The notes beneath the pieces are model-generated. The model did not search any database. It had not been told where the DNA came from and was given only the letters and a program-made list of their open reading frames with translations. A DNA stretch of 64,000 nucleotides. Source: an uncultured Gemmatimonadaceae bacterium. Its GTDB lineage: Bacteria; Gemmatimonadota; Gemmatimonadetes; Gemmatimonadales; Gemmatimonadaceae. This document shows positions 46,667 to 57,618 of this stretch, in pieces (position 1 is the stretch's first letter; each line of letters begins with the position of its first letter). The stretch spans positions 51,007 to 115,006 of the forward strand of contig CAWFQK010000006.1 in assembly GCA_963817955.1 (NCBI GenBank). Direction: 5' to 3'. Both the position numbers and the translations under genes were made by a program.

Positions 46667-48251
46667 TCAGATTGCCCATCCTGCGCGATATTCGCGCGTG
46701 AGATATTGGTTCGCGTCGGGAGCGTTCGTGAATTCCATTCTGGCGCCATCGTACAGCACCTTTCTGCCCTGCCCCGCGCGAAGCGCGACGACACCGAGCA
46801 ACATCGTCTCGGTGAGCTGGGCGGCATACTCGAGAGGCGAGCTGGCCCTGGCTTCACCACGAATGGCTTTTGCCCAGTTCAATTCGTGGCTCCACGTAAT
46901 GCGCGGCGTCGTCTTCGGCACCGCGGCGGCGACGTCCATCAACGCCTGCGGATAGACACGCGGGTTTGCCCCGTACGTGTCGTTCATCAGGATGCCTTTC
47001 TCGCCAACGAAGATCACGCCACCTTCCGATTGCAGCGTCACGTCGTCGGGCAGGACGTCGGGCCGCGGCGGATAGAGGCCGCCATCGCTCCAGTACAACC
47101 GCACCGGCGGCTGCGAGCCGCGCGCGCCGAACTGATAGTGCACGTTCGTCGCGAGCGGATACGACACCGGCCGCGAACGATTGCGCGATGCGGGGGAGCC
47201 GGCGGGTGCATTCGGATCGGCGGGAATCGGCATGGTGCCCCACGGCGTCGACGTCGCCTCGATGCTCGTGGGGTATGTCAGCCCAAGCGCCCAGAACGGA
47301 TGATCGATCAGGTGGGCGCCCATGTCGCCGAGCGCGCCCACGCCGAAGTCGATCCACCCGCGCCAGTTGAATGGGTGATAGATGGGATGATAGGCGATGT
47401 CTTCGGCGACCGGTCCGAGATACATGTCCCAGTGCAACCCGTCGGGCATCGGGATACGAGCCCATGGCCGCGGCCAGCGTGCGATTCACCCGGCCCTGAT
47501 TCCATGCGTTGCCGAAGGACGTTCCGCCCGCCTGCGCGACCGCACCGGGCATGGGTCGCGGAATGCCCTGGGGCCAATATCCGAGCGGACGGTTGGTCCA
47601 CACATATACCTCGTGCACCGGTCCGATCACGCCGGCGTTGATCCACTCGTTGATCAACCGGGCGCCTTCGGTCGAGTGACCCTGATTCCCCATCTGCGTG
47701 ACGAGTTTTGGATTCCCCATAGCCGTCTCGCGCAACACCCGCGCTTCATGCACGGACCAGGTGAGCGGCTTCTGCACGTACACATGCTTGCCCAGGTCCA
47801 TCGCCGCTTTGGCGACCACCGCGTGGTTGTGATCGGGCGTCGCGATGACGACCGCGTCGATGTCTTTCTGCTTGGCGAGCATCTCGCGGAAGTCGTAATA
47901 CTTTGGAGCTTTGTCGAACTGCTCTTGCAACTTGATTGCGGTGGGGCTGACTTGTCCGTCGCGATTGGGCCGCTGCTTGGACGCGACGTTCGTCTGGGCA
48001 AAGGCCATGTCTACGTCGCACACCGCCACGAGTTGTTCCGTCTTTGACAATTCCTCGGCGTTGCCGGACCCCATGCCGCCGAAGCCGACGACGGCGAAGT
48101 TCACCATGTCGCTCGGCGCGCGATACCCGACGCCACCCAGCACGTGACGCGGCACGATCATCGGAAAGCCTGGCGCGACCACCGCAGCGAGCGCGAGCTT
48201 GCCTGCATCCGCCACGAAGTCGCGGCGAGTGATGTCTTGCTTCTTCGACAT
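46667..48251 (-). CDS. Tat-exported Gfo/Idh/MocA oxidoreductase; +1 frameshift at ~47452
   Basis: [25 protein letters not shown] and QMGNQ in one frame; [20 protein letters not shown] in the next. Removing one C of TAT CCC GAT joins them. Confidence 0.9.
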
Positions 48252-48270
48252 TGTTCTCTCCGTCAATTGA

Positions 48271-49545
48271 TCAGATACGCGATGCCGCCGGATTCCACTC
48301 GCCGCGTGCGACGGCCGGCTCGAACTTGTCCAACCCGCGCGGAGGGAATGCCAGCGTCTTGCCCTGCTCGGCGCTTTGATATGCCGTCATCAGCAGCTTC
48401 ACGACTTCGAGTCCATCGCTGAACGTCAGGCGCGGCTTTTCCTTTCCGAGAAACACGCGCACGAAGTGGCGATCCTCCGCCTCGTAGCCGTACGCTGCCG
48501 CCTCGTTGGCTACCACCGGCATCAGCCCCATTTCGGCATTCTGTTTCTCGACGAGGTCTTCGCCATGACGTCCGTGTACGGCGCGCGAGAAGAAGAGTTT
48601 GAGCCCGCTATCGAGCGTATTCCACGACATTGAATACTCCGGCCCAAGCAGCTCGGCAGACAAACGAAGGCCCGCGCCGACGAAGCTCCAGGATGTCGAA
48701 GCCTCGCCGATGACCGTGAATCCGTCGTCCGTCTCGAACTCGATCGTCGTGCTCGCAAAGTCCTCCGCCGGTGTCTTGGCGTAATCCACGTCGCGCCCCA
48801 TGGTCTTGCGAAGCTGCTTTGCGTACGCGGGACGACTCCATTTGAGGCTCGCGATATGCCCCGTCACGCGAACTGGACGCACCGTGGCGAGCGGCGCGCC
48901 CGGCTTGGTGAGCAAGTGCCGCACGACGAGCACCGAATGACACATCATGTCGTTGAGCACGCCGCCACCCTGCAAGTTGCCGCGCCAGAACCAGGGCATG
49001 TGCGGTCCGCTGTGCTCTTCCGCGGCTCGGGCCAGGTAGGGTCGGCCGGTCGTCGCGGCTCCCCGCGCCCACAGCAGGTGGCGGCCGGTTCCGACCTGCG
49101 GGGCAAAGACCTGGTTCTCCAGGTATCCCTGCGCAATGCCGACACGCTGGACGAGCTCACACACGCGCTTGGCTTCAGCCACGTTGCGCGCCAGCGGCTT
49201 TTCGCAAGCGATGCCGCGAAGCGTTCCCTTGCCGCTCTCGATCGCGCCGACGATCTCCTCCACGTTCTCTATGCGCGCGTGGTTGGGACCCGTGAGCCAG
49301 ATGGCGTCGATGTTCGGATCGGCGACCATGTCCGTGATCGATGGAAATGCCTTGGCGTTGCCGACATCGAGTTGTCGCGCAAGCCGAACGGCGGATTCTG
49401 CGTTCTTGTTGTTCGGGCTCCAGACACCGCGAACGTCGGCATCCCGTACACCCTGGAAGGCTTGCATGTGAAAGCGCGCATTGAAGCCGCTTCCAATGAA
49501 GCCAACGCCGAGCCGGCGCGGCGGCCGTCCGTTATCGCGACTCAT
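48271..49545 (-). CDS. Gfo/Idh/MocA oxidoreductase
   Basis: [26 protein letters not shown]. Confidence 0.9.
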   Translation of the reverse strand: MSRDNGRPPRRLGVGFIGSGFNARFHMQAFQGVRDADVRGVWSPNNKNAESAVRLARQLDVGNAKAFPSITDMVADPNIDAIWLTGPNHARIENVEEIVGAIESGKGTLRGIACEKPLARNVAEAKRVCELVQRVGIAQGYLENQVFAPQVGTGRHLLWARGAATTGRPYLARAAEEHSGPHMPWFWRGNLQGGGVLNDMMCHSVLVVRHLLTKPGAPLATVRPVRVTGHIASLKWSRPAYAKQLRKTMGRDVDYAKTPAEDFASTTIEFETDDGFTVIGEASTSWSFVGAGLRLSAELLGPEYSMSWNTLDSGLKLFFSRAVHGRHGEDLVEKQNAEMGLMPVVANEAAAYGYEAEDRHFVRVFLGKEKPRLTFSDGLEVVKLLMTAYQSAEQGKTLAFPPRGLDKFEPAVARGEWNPAASRI

Positions 49546-50243
49546 TTCTCCTGGGGACTCACGAAGGTCTTCATGAGGTCATAGCTGACCCCGAGCTTCT
49601 CGAGCGCGGCCGGCGGACAGCCGTCGTAGCCCGGATTGAACACATTTCCCATGTAACGCACGTCCTGCCAGCCCATAGCGCTCGAGTAGAATCCCGACGC
49701 CGTCATGTCACGAAAGCGATTGAAGAAAGCGACGCCGTTCGAGAATTCGCGCTTTGCTTTTGTGGGGAACGCAATGTCATCGAGCACCTGCTTGCGTTGC
49801 GTATCAGTGGACGCGACAAAGGTCTTATCGAACCGTCTGCGACACTCCGTGTCCAACCAGGCCAACCCGCCGCGGATCTCGGTCTGCGTGTTGAGGCTCG
49901 CGTCTTTCTCGGCGAGCAGAAAATCCATGTACTCCGGCACTTTCGCCTCGGTGGCGCTTCCCGATACGTCATCCCGTGGAATGATGTAGTCCACCAGCAC
50001 CCGAACGGTCTGCCATTCGTGTTTGTTGAAGAACTGAGGAGCGCCAAAGGCTGCGTGCGGAGTGGCAAGGCCCAGCTTTTTCGGCGCCGACGACGTACCG
50101 CTGGCCGTCAGCGGCTTTGGTTGTTGCCCGAGGGCCGCAGCCACCGGAACTGCGCCAAGGATCGTCAGTGCGCGTCGGCGCGAGATCGCTGAACCATCGC
50201 GGATCTCGCCGTCCGGTCCTTTGTCCCGCCCCTCGCCACTCAT
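49542..50243 (-). CDS. Gluconate 2-dehydrogenase subunit 3-family protein (Tat partner of the GMC enzyme)
   Basis: SRRRAL Tat-like motif; DYIIP, FFNRFRDMTASGFYSS, YMGN. Confidence 0.88.
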   Translation of the reverse strand: MSGEGRDKGPDGEIRDGSAISRRRALTILGAVPVAAALGQQPKPLTASGTSSAPKKLGLATPHAAFGAPQFFNKHEWQTVRVLVDYIIPRDDVSGSATEAKVPEYMDFLLAEKDASLNTQTEIRGGLAWLDTECRRRFDKTFVASTDTQRKQVLDDIAFPTKAKREFSNGVAFFNRFRDMTASGFYSSAMGWQDVRYMGNVFNPGYDGCPPAALEKLGVSYDLMKTFVSPQEK

Positions 50244-51922
50244 AGCTGTCCCCCCTTCCGCTGCTGCGTGATGAAGTCGCTCGTGCGCCATGCCAGTGCG
50301 AGGATCGTCCACGTGGGATTCTTGTCCGCCTGCGAAACGAACGGGCTGCCGTCGGCCACGAACAGATTTTTCACGTCGTGGGCCTGGCAATTGCCGTCCA
50401 CCACCGATCTGGTGGGGTCATTGCCCATGCGGGCGCCACCCAGCTCGTGGATGATCGTGCCGCCGGCGGCGAGTCCGTATCCCTGGTCGCGCGTTGGCAT
50501 TGGGGCGAACACGGTTCCACCCATCGCGGTGATCAGCGAGCGGAAAGTCTCCTGCATGTGCTTCGCCTGGTTGTACTCGTGATCAGAGAACTTCCAGTGG
50601 AAGTGCAGCACGGGAATTCCAAACCGATCGACCACCGTGGGGCTGAGCTCGCAATACGAGTCCTCATTGGGAATCATTTCGCCACGGCCATCGAAGCCGA
50701 TCGTCGCACCGTGATACTTGCGATAGTCTGCCTTGAGTTGCTTGCCGTAGCCGCCGCCATTGTATCGCTGAATGCCGCCCATGAATCCGGCACTTGGCTG
50801 CCCCGCTCCGCCCCACACTTCTATATGATAGCCGCGAGGGAAATCGAGCTTCTTGTTATCGAGCCACCACGGCATGTATACGTGCATGCCGCCCGCACCA
50901 TCGTGGTTGTGCGGAATGGGGTTCACCATGGACGGAATGAATCCCGAGACGCTCGCGCCCGTGGTGTCGGTGAGGTACTTCCCGACCGTGCCGCTCGAAT
51001 TCGCGAGACCATTCGGAAAGCGGCTCGACTTGGAGTTGAGCAGCAAACGAGCGGTTTCGCAGGCGCTCGCTGAGACCACGACCACGCGCGCGCGCACATG
51101 TTCATCGGCGTGTGTGTCCTTGTCGATATACGACACCCCGTTGGCAAGTCCATCGGCGCCCACCGTCACTTCACGGGCCATCGCGTTCGTGATCAGCGTC
51201 AGCTTGCCGGTCTGCAGCGCCGGAGCGATCAGGACGTCCGGACTCGAAAAGTTCGAGTTCATCTGGCAACCACGATTACACTCGCCGCAGTAGTGACATG
51301 CCATGCGCATCGGCAGTGGTTTCGTGATGATCGACAGGCGCGCCGGGATGCACGTTATCCCCAACTTGTCCGACGCCTGCTTCACGAGCAGCTCGTGGCA
51401 CCGCGGCTTTGGTGGCGGCATGAAGATGCCGTCGGGATGGTTGCGTAGCCCCTCGTTGGTTCCGTACAGACCAATGAATTGGTCGATCTTGTCGTAGTAC
51501 GGTTTGACGTCGTCGTAGCCAATGGGCCAGTCGTCACCAAGTCCGTCAATACTCTTACCGCGGAAATCGTCCGGCCCAAATCGGAGGGAGATGCGGCCCC
51601 AGTGGTTCGTGCGGCCGCCGAGCATCCGCGCGCGCCACCAACTGAACTCTGTACCGGGCGCGCGCGTATACGGTTCGCCATCGATCTCCCAGCCACCATC
51701 GCACGCGTCAAATTCGCCAAAGGGCCGCCCATGGACCGCCGCGCCGCGATGTGGAGTGGCGTAGCTGGGCACCATCATCTTCGAGTCGCGGGACGCGAAC
51801 CACTTCGGGCCCGCCTCCAACATCACCACGGTTGCTCCAGCTTTCGTCAGCGCGTACGCAGCCATCCCGCCGCCGGCACCCGAACCAATGATGCACACAT
51901 CGTAGATCGGTCGTGATTGCAT
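50240..51922 (-). CDS. GMC-family FAD oxidoreductase (glycoside 3-dehydrogenase-like)
   Basis: IGSGAGGG, LGGRTNHWG, CHYCGECNRGC Fe-S motif, HELGGARMG, NPTWTI. Confidence 0.93.
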   Translation of the reverse strand: MQSRPIYDVCIIGSGAGGGMAAYALTKAGATVVMLEAGPKWFASRDSKMMVPSYATPHRGAAVHGRPFGEFDACDGGWEIDGEPYTRAPGTEFSWWRARMLGGRTNHWGRISLRFGPDDFRGKSIDGLGDDWPIGYDDVKPYYDKIDQFIGLYGTNEGLRNHPDGIFMPPPKPRCHELLVKQASDKLGITCIPARLSIITKPLPMRMACHYCGECNRGCQMNSNFSSPDVLIAPALQTGKLTLITNAMAREVTVGADGLANGVSYIDKDTHADEHVRARVVVVSASACETARLLLNSKSSRFPNGLANSSGTVGKYLTDTTGASVSGFIPSMVNPIPHNHDGAGGMHVYMPWWLDNKKLDFPRGYHIEVWGGAGQPSAGFMGGIQRYNGGGYGKQLKADYRKYHGATIGFDGRGEMIPNEDSYCELSPTVVDRFGIPVLHFHWKFSDHEYNQAKHMQETFRSLITAMGGTVFAPMPTRDQGYGLAAGGTIIHELGGARMGNDPTRSVVDGNCQAHDVKNLFVADGSPFVSQADKNPTWTILALAWRTSDFITQQRKGGQL

Positions 51923-51933
51923 GATGCTCAGAG

Positions 51934-52788
51934 TCAGAATTCGAGATTGGCGAGGTACCGATGGCTCGCCGCCGCAAACGCGATCGGATCGCGCGCCGAG
52001 TCGGATTCCACGAAATAGTGTTCAATGCCCGTGGCCCGGGCGAAGATCGTCTTGAAGTCGATGGTGCCGGCACCGACGTCCGTCTGGATGTCGCCAGGCG
52101 GCTGCATGCCGTCCTTCACGTGGAACATCTTGAAGCGGCCCGGATACGTGGCCAGCAGCGCCAACGGATCCGCGCCGCCGTTTACCGCCCAGTAGATATC
52201 CATCTCGTAGGAGACGAGCGACGGGTTCGTTGCTTTCATCAGAATGTCGATCGGCAGTACGTTCCCGGTGCGCTTCACGATGTCGTTGTGATTGTGGAAT
52301 GCGAACCGAAACCCGGCCGCGTTCACCAGCGTCGCCGCCGCGTTGAACTGGTCGGCTACATGCTTCCAGTCGTCGGCCGTCTGGTGGTTGCCGTTGGGAA
52401 GCGACGGCGCAGTGATCCACTCGTGACCGACCGTCTTTGCGTCGGCGAAGGTCTTGTCCGGGCTCGACAGGATCTGCTCGATGGCAATGTGAGCCGAGGG
52501 CGCCGTGAGGCCATACTGCGTGAGGAGGGCACGCACGTCGCTCGCCGAGTGACCGTAATATCCGGCGAACTCGATTTCCCGGTAACCGATCTTCGACAAT
52601 TGCGCGAGCGTGCCGGCGAGATCCGCGCTCGCTTGTCGTCGGAGCGTATACAGCTGAATGCCGATACGGTCGAGCTTCGTATGTCGAAGCGCGGGTTTGA
52701 TACCGAGCGCTTCCACGATGCGGGTGCTCGCCGCAACGCCAACTGCGGCCGTGGCGAGCGATCCGAGAAATTTCCGTCGGTTCTGCAT
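51934..52788 (-). CDS. Tat-exported sugar phosphate isomerase/epimerase (AP-endonuclease-2 barrel)
   Basis: NRRKFL; GIQLYTLR, FHNH, EMDIYW, HVKD, VGAGTIDF. Confidence 0.9.
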   Translation of the reverse strand: MQNRRKFLGSLATAAVGVAASTRIVEALGIKPALRHTKLDRIGIQLYTLRRQASADLAGTLAQLSKIGYREIEFAGYYGHSASDVRALLTQYGLTAPSAHIAIEQILSSPDKTFADAKTVGHEWITAPSLPNGNHQTADDWKHVADQFNAAATLVNAAGFRFAFHNHNDIVKRTGNVLPIDILMKATNPSLVSYEMDIYWAVNGGADPLALLATYPGRFKMFHVKDGMQPPGDIQTDVGAGTIDFKTIFARATGIEHYFVESDSARDPIAFAAASHRYLANLEF

Positions 52789-52887
52789 GCTGTCCGATGA
52801 AGGTATGGTCGCGCTAAAATGCTGCGCGGGCCGCGAGGCGGCAACCCGCCCGTTCCGCTGGGCCCGTCCGGCCGTATCTTCCCGTCC

Positions 52888-54528
52888 ATGCGCATCGCCA
52901 TTATCCGACTGACCGCGAGCCTCGCCCTTGTTATGGCAGCTCGCCACCCGGCGCCAGCATCCGCTCAGCGGCCAACCGACATCGCGATCATCCCGCGCCC
53001 GACTTCACTCATCGCGGCGCCCGGCACCTTTACGCTCACGCCGCACACGGCGATCTGGACCACACGAGCCGATAGCGCGGTGGCGCGTCGCCTTTCGCGC
53101 GATCTGTCTCCGGCCGCCGGCTTCGATCTGGTCGTTCGCGTCGGCTCTGGCGGCAGCGGAAGTCGCATTGTCTTCAAGCAGGCGGCACGGCGTGACACCA
53201 GCCTCGGCCCGGAAGGCTATCGGCTAGCGGTTCGGCCCGGCGTCATCACGATCACGTCGTCCGCGCCCGCCGGTGCGTTCTATGCCGTCCAGTCGATCAG
53301 GCAGTTGTTGCCAGCCGCCATCTACCGTTCGGCGCCGCTGACCGGTGTCGTGTGGAGCATGCCTGCGGTGACGATCGCCGATCGTCCGCGGTTCGGCTGG
53401 CGCGGTGCCCATCTCGACGTCTCGCGCCATTTCATGCCGAAGGAGTTCGTCAAGAAGTACATCGATCTCCTGGCAATGCACAAAATGAACACGTTCCACT
53501 GGCACCTGACGGACGATCAGGGATGGCGGATCGAGATCAAGCAGTATCCGCGCCTCACGAGTGTCGGCGCTTGGCGCGACCAGACGCTCGTCGGACGACT
53601 GCAGCGCGACTCGACGGCGAACGTGTTCGACAAGAAGCGCCACGGCGGCTTCTACACCCAGGACGACATCCGTGAGATCGTGGCGTACGCCCGAGATCGG
53701 TTCGTGCGCATCGTGCCCGAGATCGAGATGCCCGGTCACGCGCAGGCGGCAATCGCTGCGTACCCGAGCCTCGGCAACTTCGGAGATAGCCTGGGCGTGT
53801 GGACGATGTGGGGCGTGACGCCGCACATCCTCAATGCATCGGACTCCACCATCACGTTCATGCAGAACGTGCTCACCGAAGTGATGTCGCTGTTTCCCGG
53901 CGAATTCATTCACATCGGCGGCGACGAGGCAGTGAAAACGGAGTGGAAGGCAAGTCCGCGGGCCCAGGCCCGCATCCACGACCTCGGGCTCGCCAACGAG
54001 AACGAGCTGCAGAGTTGGTTCACCAAGCAGATGGACGCCTTCCTCACAGCGCACGGGCGACGCCTCGTTGGGTGGGACGAAATCCTCGAGGGAGGTTTGG
54101 CACCCAACGCCGTCGTCATGTCATGGCGCGGCATTGCCGGCGGCATCACCGCGGCCCGGGCGAATCATGACGTCGTCATGGCGCCCGACCAGTACACGTA
54201 CCTGGACCATTATCAGGCGAAGCGCGACAGTGAGCCGTTGGCGATCGGGGGGTTTCTGCCACTCGATTCCGTGTACGCGTACGATCCAGTGCCGGCCTCC
54301 CTCGAGCCGCAATACGCATCGCACATCCTCGGCGCCCAGGGTCAGATCTGGACGGAGTACATCGAAGGTCCGAAGAACGTCGAGTACATGGCGTTTCCCC
54401 GATTGAGCGCGTTGGCGGAAGACGTCTGGTCGCCGCGCGACGGCAAAGACTTCGCCGATTTCAAGGCACGACTGTCGAAACATCTCGAGCGCCTACAGGC
54501 GCTCGACGTCAACTACCGGCGACCGTAG
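52888..54528 (+). CDS. Beta-N-acetylhexosaminidase (GH20)
   Basis: DRPRFGWRG, LDVSRHF, HWHLTDDQGWR, PEIEMPGH, HIGGDE, WTEY. Confidence 0.96.
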   Translation: MRIAIIRLTASLALVMAARHPAPASAQRPTDIAIIPRPTSLIAAPGTFTLTPHTAIWTTRADSAVARRLSRDLSPAAGFDLVVRVGSGGSGSRIVFKQAARRDTSLGPEGYRLAVRPGVITITSSAPAGAFYAVQSIRQLLPAAIYRSAPLTGVVWSMPAVTIADRPRFGWRGAHLDVSRHFMPKEFVKKYIDLLAMHKMNTFHWHLTDDQGWRIEIKQYPRLTSVGAWRDQTLVGRLQRDSTANVFDKKRHGGFYTQDDIREIVAYARDRFVRIVPEIEMPGHAQAAIAAYPSLGNFGDSLGVWTMWGVTPHILNASDSTITFMQNVLTEVMSLFPGEFIHIGGDEAVKTEWKASPRAQARIHDLGLANENELQSWFTKQMDAFLTAHGRRLVGWDEILEGGLAPNAVVMSWRGIAGGITAARANHDVVMAPDQYTYLDHYQAKRDSEPLAIGGFLPLDSVYAYDPVPASLEPQYASHILGAQGQIWTEYIEGPKNVEYMAFPRLSALAEDVWSPRDGKDFADFKARLSKHLERLQALDVNYRRP

Positions 54529-54534
54529 ACGTTG

Positions 54535-54578
54535 GAATACGACAAATGGCCGCCCTCGGGCGGCCATTTGTCGTATTC
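54535..54578. terminator. Perfect 20-bp hairpin between convergent genes (likely bidirectional terminator)
   Basis: GAATACGACAAATGGCCGCC-CTCG-GGCGGCCATTTGTCGTATTC. Confidence 0.75.
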
Positions 54579-54590
54579 ATCAGCTTTGCA

Positions 54591-57440
54591 TTACGGAGTC
54601 GTCTTGCCCGCCTCTGGAAGCAGAACGAACCGCGCGTAGTTGGTCGCATCCAGGTACTTCTTCGCCGCCTGCTGAATCTCGGCGGCCGTGAGGTTCTTGA
54701 TCATTGCGTCATATGGCGCGAGCAGGCCAGCAAGGTCCTCACCAGCTTGTTCGCGCGCCATGATGTTCCCCAGCCAGTAGCTGTTCTGCTTGAGGTCCAC
54801 CTCTCGCGTACGAATCAGCTCCTCTTTCACCTTGGCCAAGTCGGACGCCGACGGTTCCTTGCTCTTCAGTGAATCGATGAGCGTGAATACCGCCTTCGAC
54901 AACTTCTCTACATTGTCCGGCGCCGAGTTGAACTGCACCGTGATGGAGTACTCTTGCCGAGGGGTACGCCCGCACCCGCCGCCGACGCTCGGACTATACG
55001 TCTCTCCGAGCTGTTCCCGCAGGCTTTCAGTGAGCTTGATCTGGAAGAGTGCCGTGAGCGCACGCATGTCGAACCGCACCTGCGGCGCGTATTCGCACGG
55101 GCCGGTGAAGTCGATGACTGTGTTCGCCTTCTGCTCGACGCCCTTGCGTACGACCTTGTCGAGGACACCCTTGGGGAGCGCGCCGCTGTTGTCGCGATAG
55201 TTCTCCGTGCGATGAAGCGAGGGCAGCGCGCCAAGGTACTTCTCGACGAGCGGCTTGAGCGTGAGCGTATCCACGTTCCCGACGAACACGAAGGTGAAAT
55301 CGCTGGCATCCGCGAAGCGATCTTTATAAAACGCCAATGCCTTCTCCGGATTCACCTCGGCGAAGGTGGCTGCCGTGAGCGGGCGGGCGCGCAGGCTGTG
55401 CGACGCCATCGTCCAACTCACGGTGTCCGAGAACACCTGATTGGGATCCGACCCGCGGTTCGCAAGGAATGGCGCGACCTGGTTCTGGAACGCCTGGTAG
55501 GCCGCGGTATCGAGTCGCGGCGCGGTGAAGTCCAGATAGACGAGCTGGAACATCGTCTCCAGATCCTTTGGCGACGCTCGGCCGCTCACGCCTTCGCTCG
55601 TTTCGCCGATCGTCGCGTTGGCCGATGCGACCTTCCCCGCCAGCTTCTTCTGCAAGTCGATACGGTTGAATTTGCCCAGACCGCTCAGCGCCACGATCTG
55701 CGATGCCAGTCCGGCTGACATGTAGTCCGCGTCCGGCGCGAGCGACGACCCGCCCACGCTGTACGCGCCCATCAACACTTCATCCGCCTTGAAATCCGTC
55801 GGTTTCACCAGCACGCGCACGCCGTTCGACAATTTCCATGTCGTAATGTTGAGGGCCGGATTCGTGCTCCCGCTCACCACCTTGCCTGCTGCGGGCACGG
55901 CATCGACCAATGCGTCGTTCGACAAGTTCTCCGTGTATGCCACGACGGGCGTCTTCGCGGCACGATCGAACACCGCCAGCAGTTCGGCGCGCGTCGGCAC
56001 CGTCACCCCCGCCTTCTCCGGCGACTCGGCAATGATCACGCGGTTGTCATCCGTGATCCAGTTGCTCGCGAGCTTGTTGACGTCGGCCAGTGTGATGGTC
56101 GGCACGAGCTGCTGCACGAGCTTGTACTCGTATTCGATTCCCGGAATCGGCTCGTCGTCGAGATAGTTGTCGACGTACTCCTGCACGAATGATGCGGACG
56201 CACTCTTGTCGCGCTCGGCGTAGGCGCGTTCGTAGCCGCGCACGAGGCTCTCTTTCTCGCGATTCAGCTCCGACTGCAGGAACCCGAACTGATCGACTCG
56301 CTTTGCCTCGGTCAGCAGCGCTTCGAGCCCGCGAGCAATGCCACCGTCCTTCACGCCCGCTCCGAGTGTGAAGGCGTCCGTCGTGCGGCCAATGAAGTTG
56401 CCTTTCGATGCGCCGGCACCGAGAAAGGGCGCGTCAGGCTTCTGCGAGATTTCCTCGAGTCGCGCGTTGAGCATGCCCATGTAGAGCCGCTCCATCAGGT
56501 CCCGGCGATAGTCGGCGACGGTCCGCGTCTTCTCGGCCGGCAGTTTGAACATCAACTCGACATCCGAACTGGTGGCTTCCTTGTCGGACGCGATCGCGAT
56601 CAGCGGTTCCGTATTGCCCGGCACGGCAGCCAGTGTGCGCTTCGGCGCGTTGGCCGCCGGTTTCGGAATGCCGCTGAAATGCTTCTTGATCTGTGCTTCG
56701 ATCTGCGCCGGGTCGAAGTCACCCACCGCAATCACCGCCTCCAGATCGGGGCGATACCAGCTCTTGTAGAAAGAGCGAAGTCGCGACGGCGTAGCAGTCA
56801 TGATGCTCTGCTCGTTTCCAATGGGCAGGCGCTCCGCGTACTTCGATCCTTTGAGCACGATCGGCAGCCACTGATGCAGCATCCGGTCACTCGCCCCCTT
56901 CCCCAGCCGCCACTCTTCGCGAACGACACCGCGTTCGTTGGTGACCTCGGTGGAGTCGAACACCTGCCCATGCGCCCAATCGTCGAGGATCGTGAACGCC
57001 TGATCCACGATGCGCGCCGTGTCCGTTGGGATCGGCAGGATGTAAACGGTCTCGTCGAAGCCCGTAGACGCATTCAGGTCCGCCCCGAACCGCACGCCAA
57101 TGGACTGCAGGTATTTCACGAGGTCGTTCTTCGCAAAATGCGTGGTGCCATTGAACGCGGTATGCTCCACGAAGTGCGCCAGCCCGAGCTGCTGGTCGTT
57201 CTCGAGCACAGACCCGGCATTCACCACCAACCGCAGTTCGGCACGCTTCTCCGGCTTTGGATTCTGCCGGATGTAATACCGGATGCCGTTCGGGAGCGTC
57301 CCGATCTTCACCTTCGGATCGGCGGGAAGGGGGGCGGTGAGCACCGGAGATGCCGCGGTCCCAGCTGGCTTGGTCTGCTGCGCGATCAATGGCGCGGCGA
57401 GCGCGGTGGAGGCGGCAAGTACGATCAGGATATGCTTCAT
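54591..57440 (-). CDS. M16 zinc protease (PqqL-like)
   Basis: Signal peptide; LPNGIRYY, GLAHFVEH inverzincin motif, NASTGFDETVY, second half LSNGVRV. Confidence 0.94.
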   Translation of the reverse strand: MKHILIVLAASTALAAPLIAQQTKPAGTAASPVLTAPLPADPKVKIGTLPNGIRYYIRQNPKPEKRAELRLVVNAGSVLENDQQLGLAHFVEHTAFNGTTHFAKNDLVKYLQSIGVRFGADLNASTGFDETVYILPIPTDTARIVDQAFTILDDWAHGQVFDSTEVTNERGVVREEWRLGKGASDRMLHQWLPIVLKGSKYAERLPIGNEQSIMTATPSRLRSFYKSWYRPDLEAVIAVGDFDPAQIEAQIKKHFSGIPKPAANAPKRTLAAVPGNTEPLIAIASDKEATSSDVELMFKLPAEKTRTVADYRRDLMERLYMGMLNARLEEISQKPDAPFLGAGASKGNFIGRTTDAFTLGAGVKDGGIARGLEALLTEAKRVDQFGFLQSELNREKESLVRGYERAYAERDKSASASFVQEYVDNYLDDEPIPGIEYEYKLVQQLVPTITLADVNKLASNWITDDNRVIIAESPEKAGVTVPTRAELLAVFDRAAKTPVVAYTENLSNDALVDAVPAAGKVVSGSTNPALNITTWKLSNGVRVLVKPTDFKADEVLMGAYSVGGSSLAPDADYMSAGLASQIVALSGLGKFNRIDLQKKLAGKVASANATIGETSEGVSGRASPKDLETMFQLVYLDFTAPRLDTAAYQAFQNQVAPFLANRGSDPNQVFSDTVSWTMASHSLRARPLTAATFAEVNPEKALAFYKDRFADASDFTFVFVGNVDTLTLKPLVEKYLGALPSLHRTENYRDNSGALPKGVLDKVVRKGVEQKANTVIDFTGPCEYAPQVRFDMRALTALFQIKLTESLREQLGETYSPSVGGGCGRTPRQEYSITVQFNSAPDNVEKLSKAVFTLIDSLKSKEPSASDLAKVKEELIRTREVDLKQNSYWLGNIMAREQAGEDLAGLLAPYDAMIKNLTAAEIQQAAKKYLDATNYARFVLLPEAGKTTP

Positions 57441-57618
57441 GCGATGAGAGTCTTTGGGGAAACCGTGGGGGGATGGCCGACATCGAAGTATGTAACTGCC
57501 GTTCGCTGCCGGCAACGAAGTCATACCCGGGCAGTTCTGTGGCGTTTCGCACCCGTTGCTCGCCGAGCCACGCTTGGCGAACTTCAGCGCACTCTAGAAC
57601 TCGCGCCGAGGATTGAGC

